Source of the DNA: Azolla caroliniana
Taxonomy: Eukaryota > Plantae > Polypodiophyta
Assembly (NCBI GenBank): GCA_043228905.1
Contig: JBHGNT010000005.1
Span: forward strand, 11,036,001 to 11,100,000
Direction: 5' to 3'
DNA: 64,000 nt
In this document: one piece after another, positions 52,457-64,000 of the stretch
Layout: the number at the start of each line of letters is the position of its first letter
Position numbering within the stretch: the stretch's first letter is position 1
The notes under the pieces: generated by a model
What the model saw: the letters and a program-made list of their open reading frames with translations, nothing else
The model's database searches: none
Told to the model about the DNA's origin: nothing
Program-made: the position numbers and the translations under genes

Positions 52457-55400
52457 ATGAATAGGGCATTAAACCACCGCCACATGGCACATAATGCTAT
52501 TATAGTACACGACCTGCACACACGGAGGGTCGAAAAAGGCGCCAAGATGCAGAGAGGAAACCCCCCATGCATCGAGACCTTCTTCTTTCGCGAACCAAGG
52601 AGCACAAACACACATAGACGCTTAAAGATCATCAGAAGAGAGCCAACCCACACAGACCTTCCTTACACAGAGCCTCCTCACACAGAGCTTCCTCATACAG
52701 AGCCCTCACCAACGCTGTCTGACCTCGACGCAAACATGGACTGCCAGACTCTCTCTGAGGCCGCCAAGAAATGGCTACGACAACACGGATTGGAGGGGTT
52801 CCTCACAGTCATGGGCGCACCACCACACAAAGAAGCCGGCAAGATCATCAAAGAAATTGACGCCGAGCTGATCACGGAGGAAGCGATCTGTGCACTAACA
52901 GGCCTTCCGGAGGGGGGCATCTATACTATTGACAACCCTACCTCCGAACGGCTCATCAAATACTTCGGCGAGTATTCTCTAGCCAACAAGGGCTACAGGA
53001 CACAGGGTGGAGAAGATATGTTATTCCGAGAAATTGCCCGTGTACTCCATGAGTTCGACCACGTATACCCTCGACCCCCCGTTATGCCTCAGAACCGAGC
53101 AGGTTTGATCATCGCAACATACGAAGGGATCAAGGTGGATTGGCCGGCGCTGATTGCCGACGGATTGTGTGTGGCCATTGACACCGTAAGAGGTAAGGAA
53201 GCCAAAGAAGGCCGGAAAATATGGCATGCAGTGGCGCAATGGCTCACCCTATTGGCGCCACCCGTTGAGCCCATCCAGATCAAGAAGCGGGGAAGAACAA
53301 CGAACGGCACCCCGAAAGCTGCTTCAAAATGATAGCAATTGTTGGCTACCAAGACCACTTAGGGGAAGACAGCTGACACGGAGCAAGCGGCGAAGGAGCG
53401 TGCCATCCGGAAGCAGCCGACGGACAAGCAGGAGGAGACACCGGCACGGCCCCTGAAGAGCACACTCCGCCGACCGGTGCAGCAAGAAACGGACACCCTG
53501 GTGGCAAGAATGAATGTCGGGACTCAGGAGGAGGAAACGGAGGAAGAACCTACGAAGCACCTCCAGCGGTGGCCGAAGACGAGCACCGCAGAATCAGCCG
53601 GGAAGTGTTCGGACCCACAGAAGGATGGAACGCCTTTACCCCACACTAAGAATCCCACACCAAGGGAGGAACCGGAACCGGTCTCAGAAGCCCTTGCACA
53701 ACAGGCAATACCGGTGGGTCAAGAAAGGGCAAGCCCCGAAATGCAAGTGTCGGTAAGGTATGTGCCACCTTCCTCAGCCGGCAAGAACAAGCAGAACAAG
53801 AGCGGCCAGCCGAAACACAACTGGAACCTGAACGGCAAAGTGGTCACCAGGTAGGGCCGGAATTGCAACTCGACGCAGTTAGGCGGGACCGGCCACTAGC
53901 AAGTGAACCCACCAGCCAACCCTCCGTGCTGACGCAACAACAGGGCACCGGCAGCCAATGGCTCCGATGGATAGGAGAGCAGGTTGCCGGAGTGTTACTG
54001 TATGTAGAGGCGGAAGAACGAGCGCAGATGGAACGGTTGCTAGTCACAACCGATGAACTAGAGACGGCCTGGTCAAAGATCTGGTGCCTTGAACAAGACT
54101 TGGATTGGGTCACAGAAGACATGGCCAAAATGGCCTTAATTGCAACACAGATCCAAGCACCGGTGACTCCAGTGGATGTACAAAATAAAGAAACAACCAC
54201 GCCTGTACATACGAATAAGACCCCGGCGACAGAAACCCTCTTGGAGAAAGATGCAGCGCAAGCCCAAGATCTTGCCGAATTAAGGGACGAACTTGCCGCA
54301 CAAGAGGCACTATGGAGCCGCGAACGAGATTTGAAGAAAGCGGCAGAAGAGGAGTTAAAGAAGACTGTTGAAAACCTCCACCGAGCAGAAGAAAATCTGC
54401 GGAAAGGGCATCAAGCTTACGACCGGCTAAAGGAGGAAAAATAAAAATTGTTGCAGGAGAAGGACAAGCTGCGACGGATGGCGGAAACGGAAATCGAAAG
54501 GCTGAAAGAAGAACTCTGTCAACAAAAGGACCGGGAAGACCACGCTCGCCGACAAATCAACTAGCGGCTGAAGCAGAAGACAGAGGACTTCGACCACCTA
54601 CACCGGAACTTTAAGAGCTTGGACACGGAGCATAAGCAACAACAGGAAAGGACGGCTGAGCTCCGGCAGGAAGTTGATCGGGCCACCACGGCATTCGCCG
54701 ACGAATGGGTTGAGAATACAAAGCTATTGGGGGAAGCGGCGAGGGACCGGATGGAGCTCCACAAGTAGCACAATGAAGAAAAGGAGAGGGCGACAATGGT
54801 GTTACAAAGGTTGCAAACAACCTATCAAAGTCAATTGTCGCATTATAGGGAGCAGGAGGCGGACACGGTCAGAAACATCAAGCAATTGAAAGAGGAGCGA
54901 CAAACCGCGGCGAACAAATCATAGATGGGAACTGAATGGATTCAGTGCATCCTCCGGGCATGGCTAAACAAGACCAAACGCTTGATTGACGAGAGCTCCA
55001 TGCGATGGTGGAAGAAATGGGTGCAGAATACGACTGAACTCCAGTTGCTCAGGGCGGACGCGGAAAACCGACGGAAGGAAGGTGACGACTGGTACATGCT
55101 CACATCGGAGGACTTCACCGCCATAAAGGATGAGCTGGTAGAGGATTTCACAGCTCTGGCGGATGAGCAATTGGTGTAGGTCCGGCAACTCATAGCTCAA
55201 CTGGACGACGATCAAATGGAGGCTGAAATCAAGTTTGAGAGCTATGAGCGGTCCCGGCTTAGGGAAGAAAAAGCAAGGCAGGCGGCAACGGTCAACCTCA
55301 GTGATGAGGAACCGTCGCTAGTACAAGGACCAGACGGAGACCAGGCCGAGGTAAGTCAACCAGAGAAAACTCTGACAGAGGAAACAACGAAGGAAACGTC

Positions 55401-55536
55401 GGTGCCAGAGCAACAATCGGAGTCACAGCCAGAGTCGGAGCAGCCACCACAACAGCCACAACAGCAACAACAGATTCCCGTCGAGCCATTGGATACTCTG
55501 GAGCAAAGCATTCTGGACATTTTGGATGAAGAGTAA
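52457..55536 (+). pseudogene. Long 3' accessory ORF of J (fragmented; globular N-terminal part, then coiled-coil-like and acidic tail)
   Basis: Pieces 52457-53332, 53477-53854, 53863-54444, 54925-55179 and 55216-55536. Same position and C-terminus as the D accessory ORF. Confidence 0.7.
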
Positions 55537-55548
55537 GAGGGACGAATA

Positions 55549-55588
55549 GTGGATTCGACGTACAAGGTATTGTCCCATGGGCGTGCCA
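55549..55588 (+). promoter_or_regulatory. tRNA-3'-half-like motif at the PPT position of J
   Basis: GTGGA TTCGA CGTACAAGGTATTG TCCCAT GGGCGTGCCA, followed by TG and then the 3' LTR. Confidence 0.78.
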
Positions 55589-56184
55589 TGTGTTACCCGA
55601 CCGTCAAAGGAGCTAAGGACGCCGAGACTAGGGTGTGAAAAGGGGAATTGTTAATTGGGAATCTATTGTAATTATTAGTCTTAATATATTAATATATGAG
55701 AAGATGTGGACGGACTGACCGAATCGATATGCTGATCCGGATCCGGACCGATGCCGAATAGGTGCCAGTTGGCACCGTTTTGTACTTCGCACCGGTGACC
55801 TATATAAAGGCCTGGTTACAATGTAGTCATTAACGGAGAGTAATATAAACCTTTTGTTTAATTATTGAGTATTGTTCACCGTTCTGTGCATATTGTATAT
55901 CTTACGCGTGTTAATAATGTATTACTAAGTAACCGATTAAGGTCCAATTAAGCGTTTTGTCGGAAGTTATCTCGTCGTAACACCCTTGGGTGAAGTGTCT
56001 TAAGTGGACACCCTGTGTTAGGCTGTTGTCCGGCCCTAAGGAATAACAGGAAGAAGCCTCATTTAACGACACCATCGGCGAAATTGAGGATGTCGTGGAC
56101 TTGAGCTATCTCCACAACCAAAGCGTGATTTCGGTTAACTCCATCAACATGTACGCTATCATCGATTAATACTATCGTGGCATC

Positions 56185-59100
56185 TTGATGGAGGAAGCTG
56201 AAGTCAACACAAAATATAAAACGGTGGATAAGAAGATCAAGCCAATTGCGGTTCCGCTACCAAAAGATAGCTGGCAAAAGATGAAGGAAGTCGCTAATGA
56301 TCCAAGCTTAAGGGATCCAAAGAAAATAGGTCATGTCTTCACCGAAGAAACGAAAAGAAAGCTACGAGTTGGAAAGGAGGATTTCCTCCTCCCTGAAGAG
56401 GAGAGACAGTTTCGTGAAATGCTTGAAAGGCATGGGAAAGTCTTCGCATTCTCTCCCCAAGAAATCAGATGTATTGACCCAAAGATTATAGAGTCCATGC
56501 TGATCTTCAAAGTGCTGCATGTGCCTTGGAATTTGAAACCGATACCAGTTCCAAGAGCACACCTTCTGAAGTTGATCGAGCTCTTAAAGGAGAAAGTGAA
56601 TATGGGTATTCTAGAATCGTTGAATGCTCCTTACTCTAATAGGTGGTTCACGGTGCCAAAGAAGAATGGATCGTTGCGATTCATCCAAGATCTTCAACCC
56701 GTCAACAAGGTGACAATTCGAAATGCTGGAATCGGTCCGAGCGTCGACGAATTTGCCGAGGCGTTTGTGGGCCGATCCATCTACTCCATTGGTGATCTCT
56801 ACTCCGAATATGAACAATTCCAATTGGCAATCGACAGTCGTGACATTATAACTATGAGGATTCCGATTGGGCTCATGCGGATGTGTACCTTACCTCAAGG
56901 TGCAACGAACTTGGTGGCTCATATGGTGAATTCCATGAACAAGGTCTTGAAGGATTGCATCCCGGACATCACGATGCCATTCTTGGATGATATTCCAATA
57001 AAAGGATGTTCGGATGAAGAGAAGAATGAATCAAAAGATAAAGAAGGGTGTAGAAAGTTCGCCACGGATCATATGAAAGATTGCGAGAAGGTGCTCCAAA
57101 GGCTTGAAGATGCGAATTTGACATTTTCGGGAGAGAAATCCCCATTCGGGCAACCAGAGATCTTGGTGGTAGGTCACTTATGTGGAGCATACAGCCAGAA
57201 GCCTTCACCATCAAAGGTGAACGCAATCTAGAACATGAAAGAAGAATACGTAAACCAAACGGAGGTTCGAAGGTTCCTTGGAGCATGCACATTTTACCAT
57301 ATTTGGATTCCGTACTACGCCATGTCGCCGTGCCTCTATACGGATTGCTAAAGAAAAGAATGAAGTTCAAATGGCGAGACGAGCACACAAACGCGATGCG
57401 AAGATTGAAGAAACTACTTCTTGAAGCTCTAGCACTAAGAAAGGCCGACTATACCGAAGGAAAGCCAAATTATGTGACTGTAGATACGAGCCCAATCGGA
57501 ATCGGGTGGGTCATCAACCAAGAAGGAGAAGATAATGCACGATATGCCATCCGGTTCGGAGCAAAAGTTCTCAGCAAATGGCAACAAAGATACGCCCAAG
57601 TGAAGCGGGAACTTTGGGGTATTGTGTCGGCAGTGAAGACTGACAAAGATTACCTGATCGGGTCAGAAGTGATAATAGAGACAGATTGTCTCCCAATCCT
57701 CGGAATGATATCGGGATGTACGACCCCAGATTTAGCTATGCTAAGGTGGATCGCCTATATCAAGTCTTTAAGCCTAGAGATCCGCCACATTGCAGGCAAG
57801 AAGAACGCCATGGCTGATATGCTATCAAGGGCAAGATTTGAAAGTGAAAGTGACATGGTTTCGAAAGATGAAGATGTCACCCTCGACTTCTTCAAGATGG
57901 CTCGATTATCGGCAAAAGACAAGGACACGCTAACCCTCCACGCCTTCAATGAGGACGAGTACGAAGGAGAGTGGTTACTGATCGGCAGATTGTTAAGAAC
58001 AATGACGATGGATGCTTCGTTGACAAACGAGGAGGCTCTACGAATCCGGAAGAAAGCTTATTTATACTTCCTGAAGGGAGGATTCCTTTGGCAACACCCA
58101 AAAAGAAGGATGGGAATACCACGTCGAGTGGTGGTGAAGAAAGAAGAGCAAGTGACGTTGATGACCGAATTCCACAAGAGTGCTTGGGCAGGTCATAAAG
58201 GAACATGGGCGACGTTCAAAAAGTTGAAGGAAAAGTATTGGTGGCCAAGCATGTACAAAGATGTACTCCATTTCGTGTCCACATGCGAAACTTGCCAAGT
58301 ACATTCCAACATACGTTATCGTGATGAGCTACGACCGACATACCCGCTCACCATACACTTCAAATGGATGGTTGATCTGGTCTCGATGCCAATGGAAGTG
58401 GGACAAATGAAGTACTTAGTGCTGGCGAGAGAAGACTTGATAAATCAAGTGGAAGGACGGGCCTTGACAAATAAGATGACGTCAGTTGTTTGCAAATTTC
58501 TACTTGAAGAGGTTATCTGCCGATACGGATGTGTAGGGAAGATAGTCGCCGACCGAGGGGAGTTGGATGCACACGAAGCAACAGAGCTTTTCGAATAACT
58601 AGGCAGGAAGCTCTCCCTCACGACTCCCTAAAATCTAGAAGTGAATGGGAAGATCGAGCGAGGGCATGGACCCATCGTCAAAGCCATCGTACGAGCATGC
58701 AACGGTCGAGTGGGGAATTGGCCACGACTATTGCCCTAGGCCTTGTGGGCCGACAGAACGACACACACCTCGGTGACAGGGTATATGCCAACGGAGCTTA
58801 TGTATGAACAAAAGCCGGTGATGCCCATTGAAAGGACAATTGCCTCATGGGTAGCGATACCATGGGAGAACGAGATGAGCAGAGAAGAATTATTAGCGGC
58901 TTGGATAAGGCAACTTGAAAGGAGACCTGAAGATCTAGAACATGCGCGAAAAATGATGGAGGCAGCCCGAGTGAAGAACCAAATTCGGCTCGACAAGACG
59001 CATCGATTGCGTCCCAAGAAGATCGAAGCAGGAGATTGGGTATTGGTCTACAACAGTAGCCTTGACAATCAACACAGTACGACAAGAAAGTTCGCAAGAA

Positions 59101-59309
59101 TATGGTTCAGACCGTATGTGGTGATAAGTGTCAACGACAATGCCACATACCACCTTGCGGAGCTAGATGGATCAAGGTTACCCATACCCATTGCGGGAAA
59201 AAGTGTAAAAGTTTTCAAGAAAAGACAAGACAAGGATCCTGATCTCGATCACCTCGACGATGAAGACAGTATGATGGATGTGAATGAGGACATGGAGAAA
59301 CTTGATTGA
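56185..59309 (+). pseudogene. pol of K (RT, RNase H, integrase)
   Basis: ORFs 56185-57231 (PFLDDIPIKG), 57180-58598 (VTVDTSP, zinc-finger H..GH..C..C) and 58743-59309. Few frameshifts or stops. Confidence 0.92.
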
Positions 59310-60852
59310 TAAGCATAGCCGAAATCTCACACTCTCTCTTCTTGGCACGTACCAGAGGACGTGTAGTTTGGTGGGGGTGGATGTCGTGAAGATTTTCGGC
59401 AATGGAGTGAAAATTACATAAAACGTACAAAATCCAGTGTGATTTATATAAAACAATAATAGTGAAGATATTAATTTTAAGTAAGTTTAATATCTTAGTA
59501 CAAAAAGGTGGAGGTCATGAAGTGCTTTCGGATGCACTTTACTACATAAGAAACGGACATCTAAGTGTCAACTTATGTGGGTAGGAAGTTTGCAAAGACA
59601 AAGAGAAAAATAAAATTGTGAGATATCTCACATAGACAGGAAATAAGGATCTCACCATATATAAGGTAGATCAAAAGCTATTATTTTTGTGTCTATGTGT
59701 GGAGCATAGAGAGTTCAAGGTGACTTGAACTAAGCTATTGGATGAATGGGTGTGACCTGGCTACTTGCAAAGGTTTTGGCCAACCGAAACCGGACCGACA
59801 ATGGAGCCGGTGAGCCGACGGCAACCGGAAACGTAACCGGTATCCGGCGACGGAACCGGATGGTAACCGGGATCCGGCGATTGGACGGTAACCGGCAACC
59901 GGCGATCTGCGACGGATACGGGATCCGGTGACCGAACGGTAACCGGCAACCGGCGACCGACGGATAGACGGATAAATAAATAAATAAATAAATATTTATA
60001 CATAAACCGGGATCTAGTGACCGACGGCTAGATGGATAAATAAATAAATAAATATTTTTACATATACACAAGGAGGGAAAGTAAGGATTTGAACCTTGCA
60101 CCTCCAAGTTGAGAGTCAATAAGCTTACCACTAAACCAACACATTTTCTTGGAATTATATTTTTATCATTGTAACTTTACATGTAAATTCTCATACATGA
60201 GAGCTAAAATGAGTGACATGGTTAGCATGCACATGTAATACATGAGCGCCAAATGGAAAACATGCATTTTATGCATGTCTTGTACCCTCAAATGCATGAG
60301 GCCATCTATAAAAGAGGGGAGCGAAAAGATGAAAGGACTAATGTAAAATTTTTGGATGATCAAATAAGAAACTTGTAACCCTATTTTGGATGTATCTTCT
60401 CTCTCAAATCTAGAATCAAGAGTTAAATCTTTATTTCAATATCTCTCTCTAGCCATATCCATCTCTCTCAATCTATCTTAAATACTTTCTCGCTAAAACT
60501 AGTGTAACCCTCGAATACTTCCGGTCCAGAACCTCGGCGCAGATCTTCAAGACAATGCGTATGATAATCAAATTAAGTACAAAACGGTATTAACAAGATA
60601 AAAAATATGTAAAGTCACAACACTTCTCTATTAATTATCAGTTATTACTTACATCGCCTCCAGATCCTTTTATAGGTATCCGACTAGGTTACAAACCGGT
60701 GCCAACCGGCATCCAGCTACGAACCGGTTCAGATCCGGATCGGCATACCGATTCCTGGTCCATTCGTCCACTCTTATAATTATCATAATTTATCTAATTA
60801 CAACTCCCAAAACCGGCTCCCCTTTCATACTTTGGCCTAACCGGCCAATACA

Positions 60853-60892
60853 TGGCATGACCGTGGGAGAGTACCGTGTACATCAAACCCAC
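60853..60892 (-). promoter_or_regulatory. tRNA-3'-half-like motif at the PPT position of L
   Basis: Sense GTGGG TTTGA TGTACACGGTACTC TCCCAC GGTCATGCCA, followed by TG and then the 3' LTR (terminus TATTG, probably from TGTTG). Confidence 0.7.
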
Positions 60893-61277
60893 GGTTATAC
60901 TCAACCGCGGCTTCATCCTTGGCCACCTCGTCGGCCACATCCTTCCCTCCATGTATGCTCGCCTTGAGCCATATTGTCTCCTCTCCGCCACCTCCTTTAT
61001 CTTCGGTCTTATGTCGACACACGGTCTCGATTGCCGAAGTCTCCGGAACCGGTGTGAAGGAATCCCTTCATTCATGCACATTTACCTTGTCTTCCTCATC
61101 ACCCTTCCGGTCCTCCGCTTTTCCGTCGACACATTCCGTCTCTCCGGTCTCACATTGGCGCACGTGCACAACTGCCGAAGTCTCTAGAATAGGTGTGGGG
61201 ATATCGTTTCGTCCTCGATCTTCTTCCTCCTTGTGTTGGGCCTTCGTCTTCCCGTCACCACCTTCTGTCTCTCCGGT

Positions 61278-62017
61278 AGAACTCCTTGGATATCAAATTG
61301 ATCTCCAATTCGTGATCAATGAATGCTAGCACGGGCTCTTTGATGTTGCCGATTCGGACCGGAGTCTCCGTAGTTGCACGTGCCCAGTGTGGCCTTATGT
61401 AGTGGGAGTTCGGAATTTCGTCCTCCACTTTGGTGTCATTCATTAAAACCATGTTCGCATTTACCCTTGGAGCGTTCTCCTCCGTACTTTTTCTTTTCCT
61501 CTTTACGAGATCCACAAGAAGATCATGGAACTCCTTCTTCACTATTCCGAGTAATTCCCGAACCGAAAATTCTACCCGGCTATCGAGGATTCTCTCCTCA
61601 AACACCTTTTTCAAGTCCATTTGTTGTTCTATGTCCGAGGCGACCTTGAATGCTGGAATCGTCTTTTCTTTTCCCTTCCCTCCAGAGTTCTAGCTTTCCG
61701 GTGTCTTCGATGATCCAGCCGCATCATCCGTGTGCCGTCATTTCTCGTCTATATACAGTTCATGCAATTGACATAAGGCATACATGTTATTCTTATCGAT
61801 AGGGCACTCCCTTCCCGTAGCTTCACGGATACATTCTGTGGCGCTTCGGATTTCATCATGGTCGGCTTTCTTCGAAATTTCTAGCACTTTCGGCCAAAAA
61901 GACGCCTTTGTTGCAGATGACTCCCCCACACGTATTCCCGTTGTTGTCGCATAATTGTTTTTCATAGCGATCTCATCCTCTGGGACCTTCTTCATGCCGC
62001 CTTTTCGGAATTTTTGC
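61278..62017 (-). mobile_element. LTR-less fragment of a K/F-family element (gag C-terminus to protease) inside L
   Basis: ORFs 61738-62031 and 61255-61620 (HWARATTETPVRIG..FIDHELEINL) are homologous to F 24348-24760. Confidence 0.8.
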
Positions 62018-64000
62018 ATTTCTCCAAGCATAACCGGAGATAGGCAAGATGTTCTCCTTTCCTGCTGTACACCGCAAAGTCATCCAAGAACACATGCATA
62101 AACGCTAGGATAAATTCCCCGAAAATTTCCATGATGATTCGTTGGAACATTGCTAGTGCCTTTCTTTACCGGCCAGATGAACCCAACCCATAGCAACTTG
62201 TCGATCTCCTCTTTTACTTTAGCTGCATAATTCGGATTCATCCGGTAATGTCTCTTCGTGACCGGTTTTGCATCATTGCTTAAATGAATCTGGTGTTGAT
62301 ATAATTGCGCGTCCAATCCCCGCATGTCTTCATATGACCACACAAATACGTCCCGAAATACTTTCAATAATGTGACGATTGCCGATTTCTCCTCTAGTAG
62401 CATTTCTTTGGCCACCTGCACCGATCTTGCTTCTTCGTTGGTTCCCAAATTCACTTCTTCCAATTGTGATGCTTTCACCCATTGTGATACTTCCATCTCC
62501 CGCTCTAGGGCCTCTTGTGCTTGTCGCAGTTATTGGATCACGTCCCTATCCGGCTCCTCACTGGCATCCTCCTGTTGCCCAATATATGGGGAGATCGCCT
62601 CTACAACGTCCACTTCGAACAGAGGGACTATCCTTGGGTTTTTATCAAGGTAGCGATCTACCTCCTCATTGGCAAGCCCATTCTTGGATTCCAAGAGTAT
62701 TGCATGTTCGGAGGCTTATTACGTTTACTCCCGATCTGCCATCGATGATCGTCCCTGGTACTTCCCGTCCTTTGATAATGGTGGTGATTGTGGAACTCCT
62801 GGTATCGACCACTGTCAGCCCTTCCGTCGGATTTTAAAAGAATGTCAGAGCCAGTGTGGGGCCTGGTGGGGCCCATGCCGATTTTAAACCATCAGTGAAT
62901 CAGAGCACCAATTGCAGTAACCGACCCAGTGGTAGCATGATCTAGCATTCCTGTAATGCCTGCCATGTGGGGTTCTCCTGCTATGTCATCTCTGTAGGTT
63001 CCTCCCATGCGTTCCTTTACTCCTTCAGTTCAGTGACATTCCGTTCATTTGCCTTTTCGATCCATTCCGTTGCTTGTTTGCGGATAGTTTCTTGAGCCTC
63101 CCATTCGGCCATCTTTCCCTTTGATCTAGTGGTGACTTGCTAGATGTCTGCCACTTCCACAACCACTATGTTGACTACAGATCATTTTTCGTTACCCTTT
63201 ACCAGACATTGGTTTCTCTAGTGTCCCTCCTAGCGGCAATAGTAGCAATACACCTTCCATGTATTGCCAGACTCTACTTTTTGCATGTTACCCAATTGAA
63301 ATCCGGATACTACCCGGTTAGGCTGCTCTGCTCTTCTTTGTTTTGTTTGAGCGCTAGTTATGCTTCTGTCCGGCTCTCGTTGGTAATCCTTCACCGGTTC
63401 CCGATGATCCTCTTTCCGAGCATTCCGTTTTTTATTATAGCATCGGTTGTTCCAATATCCAACGAGATTATAGCGTCCGCGCTGGTCTTCATAGTCTCCC
63501 CGTTGATCCTCTCTTCTCTGATTATAGCCGTGGGAGTAATCTTGATTATAACGATCATCGTTATAGTCGCAGCTTCTCTCGCTCTGGTCCTGGTCATACT
63601 CATCCCGTCGGGCACTGTATTGGATGTCTTGTATCGGTCGGTAGCGATCATCTCGCTGAAATCGTTCTTCTTTGTCTTCCCGGTTGTTCTGGGTCTCGAT
63701 GTGCTGGACTGGTGCAGCTTGTTGATTTAGCAGGTTGTACTCGTAGCGGTCCATTGTGTGTGACTGGGAGTGGAATAGCATGCATTGCGATCTCATCGTG
63801 CACTCTATTGTTGAGTACCCGGGGTTAAGGCACGTCGTGCATTGGACCGCCTGGCGAAAGCGCAAGTCCTCTTCGGTAGGGAATGTTCTTTGGAGTGCTC
63901 CCATCGTCAACCATGAACTCGTTTTGTCCATTTCCATGACCCGATCAATGACCTGATCTATTGTGCTTGTCCGAAAATCTATGACCGCACACAATTCGGA

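Larger units (their letters stand above)
46760..56048 (+). mobile_element. Non-chromovirus Ty3/gypsy element J, inserted in K
   Basis: Perfect TSD GGAAG (46755-46759 and 56049-56053). 3' LTR 55591-56048. 5' LTR 46760-~47165 is truncated. Gag with zinc knuckles, PR (VIDGRSG), RT 49329-50288 (FLDD), RH, INT, and a long 3' accessory ORF. Confidence 0.94.
37861..60554 (+). mobile_element. Trp-primed Ty3/gypsy element K, inserted in the LTR of L
   Basis: LTRs 37861-38912 and 59382-60554. PBS TGGTGAACCCGATGTGAA at 38921-38938. PPT GGTGGGGGTGGA at 59370-59381. 4-bp TSD ACGC/ATGC. Gag from ~38950, PR 46144-46531, RT-RH-INT 56185-59309. Confidence 0.93.
37714..64000 (-). mobile_element. Non-chromovirus gypsy L (J/D family), rearranged; 3' LTR split by K (37714-37860 and ~60555-60850)
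   Basis: Gag 63230-63994 and PR/RT 62020-62990 are highly similar to J. The LTR shares GCCGATCCGGATC and GCCGGTTGGCACC motifs with the J LTR. It interrupts the INT of G. Confidence 0.85.

Noticed and set aside
55528-55546. Purine-rich GAAGAGTAAGAGGGACGAA as the PPT of J (similar in D)
   Set aside because: It ends ~45 nt from the LTR edge, is interrupted by pyrimidines and overlaps Glu and stop codons. A PPT must abut the LTR. Kept only as an alternative hypothesis.
59780-60000. CRISPR-like repeat array
   Set aside because: The units are irregular, lack unique spacers and sit inside a eukaryotic LTR.
63137-63730. 197-aa hydrophobic ORF that looks like a membrane protein
   Set aside because: It is the antisense shadow of the R/D/Y/Q-rich gag region of L.

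Overview
Plant nuclear DNA, most likely from a non-seed plant (inferred from the retroelement lineages present). It is almost entirely two stacks of nested, mostly decayed LTR retrotransposons on either side of one intact 5-exon host gene (UPF0114/YqhA-like membrane protein, 30813-33376). Left stack: copia A contains copia B; B contains a self-primed Tcn1-like chromovirus C (which contains truncated copia E) and gypsy D (which contains chromovirus O and Trp-primed gypsy F, with recombinant LTR N at the F/D junction). Right stack: copia relic M contains copia G, which contains gypsy L, which contains Trp-primed gypsy K; K holds solo LTR P, copia R and gypsy J. Element names are my labels. Boundaries were read from TG..CA termini, target-site duplications (TSDs), primer-binding sites (PBS) and polypurine tracts (PPT). 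Main finding: three diverged non-chromovirus gypsy elements (D, J, L) lack a PPT abutting the 3' LTR. Two nt upstream of it they carry a ~40-nt sense copy of a tRNA-Arg 3' half (T-arm, acceptor strand, CCA) with a covarying hairpin inserted in the T-loop, which suggests tRNA-based or tRNA-mimic plus-strand priming. Other findings are antisense tRNA-like Pol III A/B-box modules inside the LTRs of the Trp-primed family, 4-bp CG-centred TSDs and a -1 frameshift after protease in that family, and duplicated PPTs enclosing an extra Pol tail in three copia copies.
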